64,000 nt of DNA from Azolla caroliniana (Eukaryota > Plantae > Polypodiophyta), in contig JBHGNT010000012.1 in assembly GCA_043228905.1 (NCBI GenBank), positions 1,488,001 through 1,552,000 on the forward strand. Direction: 5' to 3'. A program made the translations under genes and the position numbers. The notes under the pieces were generated by a model. The model saw only the letters and a list, made by a program, of their open reading frames with translations, was not told the origin of the DNA and ran no database searches. Each line of letters starts with the position of its first letter. Within the stretch, counting starts at the first letter, position 1. This document shows, one piece after another, positions 60,698 through 64,000 of the stretch.

Positions 60698-61784
60698 TTA
60701 TGGTAATAATAACGATGATGTTAGGAAACATGTCACTCCAGATGAGGAGAGAGAGGAACCGAGTTGATGAGGGACTAAGCCAAGGCCGAAACCAAAATCG
60801 TGTATATAGCCAACTCGGGAGACTATACTTGTAAATAGTCTCGATGTGCGCCCCATGAGGGCTAGGTATGTAAATAGCCAGAAAGTTGTGCAAGTATATA
60901 TGCAACTAGGGCAAACTTTAAGATGTAGAATAAAAGAGAACATAATTGTGAGTGTGAGATAGAAGTGTGCACCACGCCATAGCTGTGTGAGTTACAGCAG
61001 ACGCGAAGAGCCCTGCATGGCTGATACACTCGACAGAGTGTTGTAACCCTCTCAATGTTGTATATCCACTATCCATAATGAAGATCTATTCCCGTGGTTT
61101 TCTCCCGTTTTAGGGTTTTCACGTAAATATCTGTGCATAGTTGTCTATCTTTTTTTCTGTGATTCGTATTTCAGCATTGTCTGTTCATTGTGATTTAAAT
61201 TCCGAAACGATTTCTCAACATATATGCCCTTGAAATATTTGTTCTTGAAAACCCCTTCACATTTATGTACATAACATGAAGGTGAGATAGTCGAATTGTG
61301 TTTTTTTGCATGAGGATGAATACATTCTTCAAAAGCTAACATTACAACCATGAAATAAATAAAAATCATAGTATGAAACACAAACAATAAGATACATAAA
61401 AAGCCAAATTATTTCACCTGCTTAATACCTAAATAATAATTATTCAAAGTAGCACAAATATATTACTAAAATGCCATATAACTTCTACACTAAAAAAACA
61501 AGACGACAATGATACCTAGCATAGCATGCAAATGTTCTAGCAAAGACCTTTTCAAATCAACATTGATGTGCTCTAACATCAAGGCACAATGAAGGTCTAA
61601 CAAAGACTATGTTTCATCCATCCGTTTGGTCTATCAAAAATCTAGGGTCCCCTACACTTGACACCATGTCTTTCACACCTCAAGTGTGGGCAATATGAGA
61701 GCCATATTCGCCTAATACCAAACAAAGGGATTTCTCAAATGTTGGCCAATAGGTCTCTGATCATGACATCCATAACCTTTAGAT

Positions 61785-62082
61785 TGTTAAAACCGCGGTT
61801 TCGGTTTTCAAGTTAGGTTTAAATTCAAATTTTTATATTCTTTAATATTTCAAAGTATTAAAGATTTTTCTAAAAATGTGAGAATTAGGCTTAAAATGAA
61901 AAGGTTGTCCAAAAAAATACTTAAGAAAACAATAAAGTGGCAACCCTAAACCATTTAAATTGTTTAAACCAAACCGAACCATTAAAAAAAACTTGAACCT
62001 GAGTTGAATTGAACCGTTTAAACCGTTAAACCATAGTTTTTGCAAATCAATTCGGTTCAAACTGAACCGTTGCCAATTGCTA
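61785..62082. mobile_element. Truncated hAT-type MITE (same family as above)
   Basis: Right TIR ...AACCGTTGCCAATTGCTA and AACCG repeats are present. No left TIR or TSD was found. Confidence 0.7.
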
Positions 62083-63439
62083 GGTATGCCCAAGAGTGTG
62101 CACTCATGAAATCGCATGGGGAAGGGGGACATTTACTACTTTTGTACGCTTAAATGTTGGTAAGAGATAAAGAAACAAGTGCCATGCCAGAAAAAGAGAC
62201 AAAGGAATAAAGGCAAGGACAACATAATAGAAATTGAAATAGGTAAGCATGAAAAAGGCCCTAAGGCATTGCAAAAACTATAAAAGACTTTTGTATGAGT
62301 CTTTTTAGCATCTTCTTTTCATTTTGTAGAGCTAGGTTACAATTTAATATTTTCCTAATACCTAATTCCTAATTAAGTTATAATTAATTGAAATAGGTTA
62401 GTATGAAAAAGGTCCTAAGGCATTGTAAAAGTTGGAAAAGACATTTGTATGAGTCTTTTTAGCTTCTTCTTTTCATTTTGTAGAACTGGGTCCCTAACTC
62501 CTAATTGAATTACAATTAATTCTCTAAAGTTAAACTAATTAGAAAGTAGAATTCAAAGGCAATTAGGCTTCCATCTTAAATATTTGGGTCAACTATAACT
62601 TATCGAGTTTTTTTAATGCCATTATTCATCTCTTTCCTTGATCTCTACTTATTAAGTTATTGAGAGTGATTCCACTGAAGTAAGTTTGTTTATGTGTATT
62701 TGTTATTAGGTCTAGAGTTTGCATACTTCATTCATTAGTACTTGTATTAGGGCTTCACAACCAATTCTACTCGTCTTGTCAATAATAGAGTAGACTTTGT
62801 CCCATCACCACAATTTTAGGTAAGACTTAACTATGAGAAGCTCGACAAATCACGCCGCAAATATGAAGATGGAAGTATTTACGGCCGACTCTAGAGACCA
62901 AGTAAAATTTTTGAGAGGTGCAACTCTAACTACCGTAACTCTCAGACAACAAAACCCATCTTCCTTGGTTCAATTCCCCCTTGGTGCCTGCGGCTCACGT
63001 TTCACATGCATGCATGTAACTTTGCGACAACATAGGTTCCTAAATAAGATATAGGCTCTGCTCTAAATTGGACATAGGATCCTTCCCAATATGTACCTAA
63101 TCCAAGCTATCATTCCATGCATGCCCGCCCTTCTTCGTTTTGTTGTTGCTACCCCAACTAAGGCCCAAGCCTTTTGTAAAAACTAGGCAATCTATCAATA
63201 TCTGTCACTAGTAAGGACAAACAGACGAACCAAGAGATCTGTCGCATTCTTCGTTGTTCCAAGAGGCCCGAATCTTTTGTAAAAACCAGACATCTATCTA
63301 CATATATCAATAGTCGCCAGGATGGACTGGCAGACCAAGAGACGAGTCGCATTCTTCGTTGTTTCGAGAGACCCAATTATGTATGTATGTAGTGCCGGGT
63401 GTCCGTCGTGTGGGACCATGGGAGGCGGGCCAGGGGCCT

Positions 63440-63457
63440 CTCTCTCTTCATTTTGGT

Positions 63458-63488
<31 letters not shown>

Positions 63489-64000
63489 AAGAGTGCTTAT
63501 CTCTAAGCAATGGATAGATATAGTTACTTCACTTACTATATATGTATTTGAAGAAGAAGAAAGAAGAAGAAAGAAGAAAGAAGAAAGGAGAAGAAGATTG
63601 AAGGTCTGTCTATCTTCACCATCATCATCTTCATCTTCATCAAGCCCATCCATCCCTTCTAATGGTGTCTACTTCCATGCTTCTCCTTCATCAAGGTAAG
63701 AAGAAGAAAGCAAGAAGAAGAAGAAGAAGAAGACGAAGAAGGAGACAATCCATGGCCGTCTCTGTTTTTCTTTGTGTATCCATATGTGAATCTATGGATG
63801 CTTTTCTAGATATATAGATTTATTGCTGTTTGTGTATAAATTTTTTCCCACGTTTGTCATTAACTCTGCTTCTTCTTCATGAAGGTCCATCTGCCCAGCT
63901 TAATGCGTCTCCGTTGCACCATGTGATCAAGTTTCCTTCTTCTTCTTCTTCGTCTTCTTCTTCTTCATCTTCTTCCCCTCGCAACAGAGGAGTGATGATG
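63440..64000 (+). other. CT/GAA microsatellite-rich region, possibly the 5' UTR or first exons of a gene continuing beyond the window
   Basis: (CT)n, (GAA)n and (CTT)n tracts, a donor-like AG|GTAAGA near 63695 and an ATG at the window edge. No recognisable protein. Confidence 0.3.

Larger units (their letters stand above)
41689..61220 (+). mobile_element. Ty1/Copia element E (Tork/Tnt1-like, degenerate; host of three insertions)
   Basis: 5' LTR 41689-42305; PBS TGGTATCAGAGC 42309-42320; gag 42340-43100; PR WVIDSGTSFH; IN 46744-47907; RT 48258-49247; RH split by the chromovirus; PPT 55197-55209; 3' LTR 55210-55284 + 60698-61220. Confidence 0.93.

Noticed and set aside
63294-63699. ORFs of 119-125 aa near the window end
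   Set aside because: They translate microsatellites; no recognisable protein.

Overview
Eukaryotic land-plant DNA. The Tcn1-type chromoviruses and this Copia set suggest a seed-free plant such as a fern or lycophyte, but that is inference. Two nested LTR-retrotransposon stacks (1-31262 and 41458-61380) flank a roughly 10-kb LTR-free island carrying one intact 3-exon Raf-like (group C, HT1/Raf36-type) kinase gene, hAT MITEs and a truncated LINE. The stacks resolve by LTR ends, primer-binding sites (PBS), polypurine tracts (PPT) and target-site duplications (TSD) into six Copia elements, three solo or near-solo LTRs, two self-priming chromoviruses, one very young non-chromovirus Gypsy with a large extra ORF (12852-23006) and a non-coding element (43269-46711). 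Main observation: those last two have no PPT. At the PPT position both carry a conserved 41-nt copy of a tRNA-Arg 3' end (T-arm-like hairpin plus acceptor strand, ending in CCA in the Gypsy), in addition to a normal tRNA-Arg PBS at the 5' end. This suggests plus-strand DNA is primed by a tRNA or a tRNA mimic, a 'dual-PBS' replication mode. Other observations: LTRs identical only in U3, a one-ended integration with a ~160-bp target duplication, tRNA A/B boxes inside chromovirus LTRs, and solo LTRs with 4-bp TSDs. All alignments were done by eye and tRNA identities are from memory; no searches were run.
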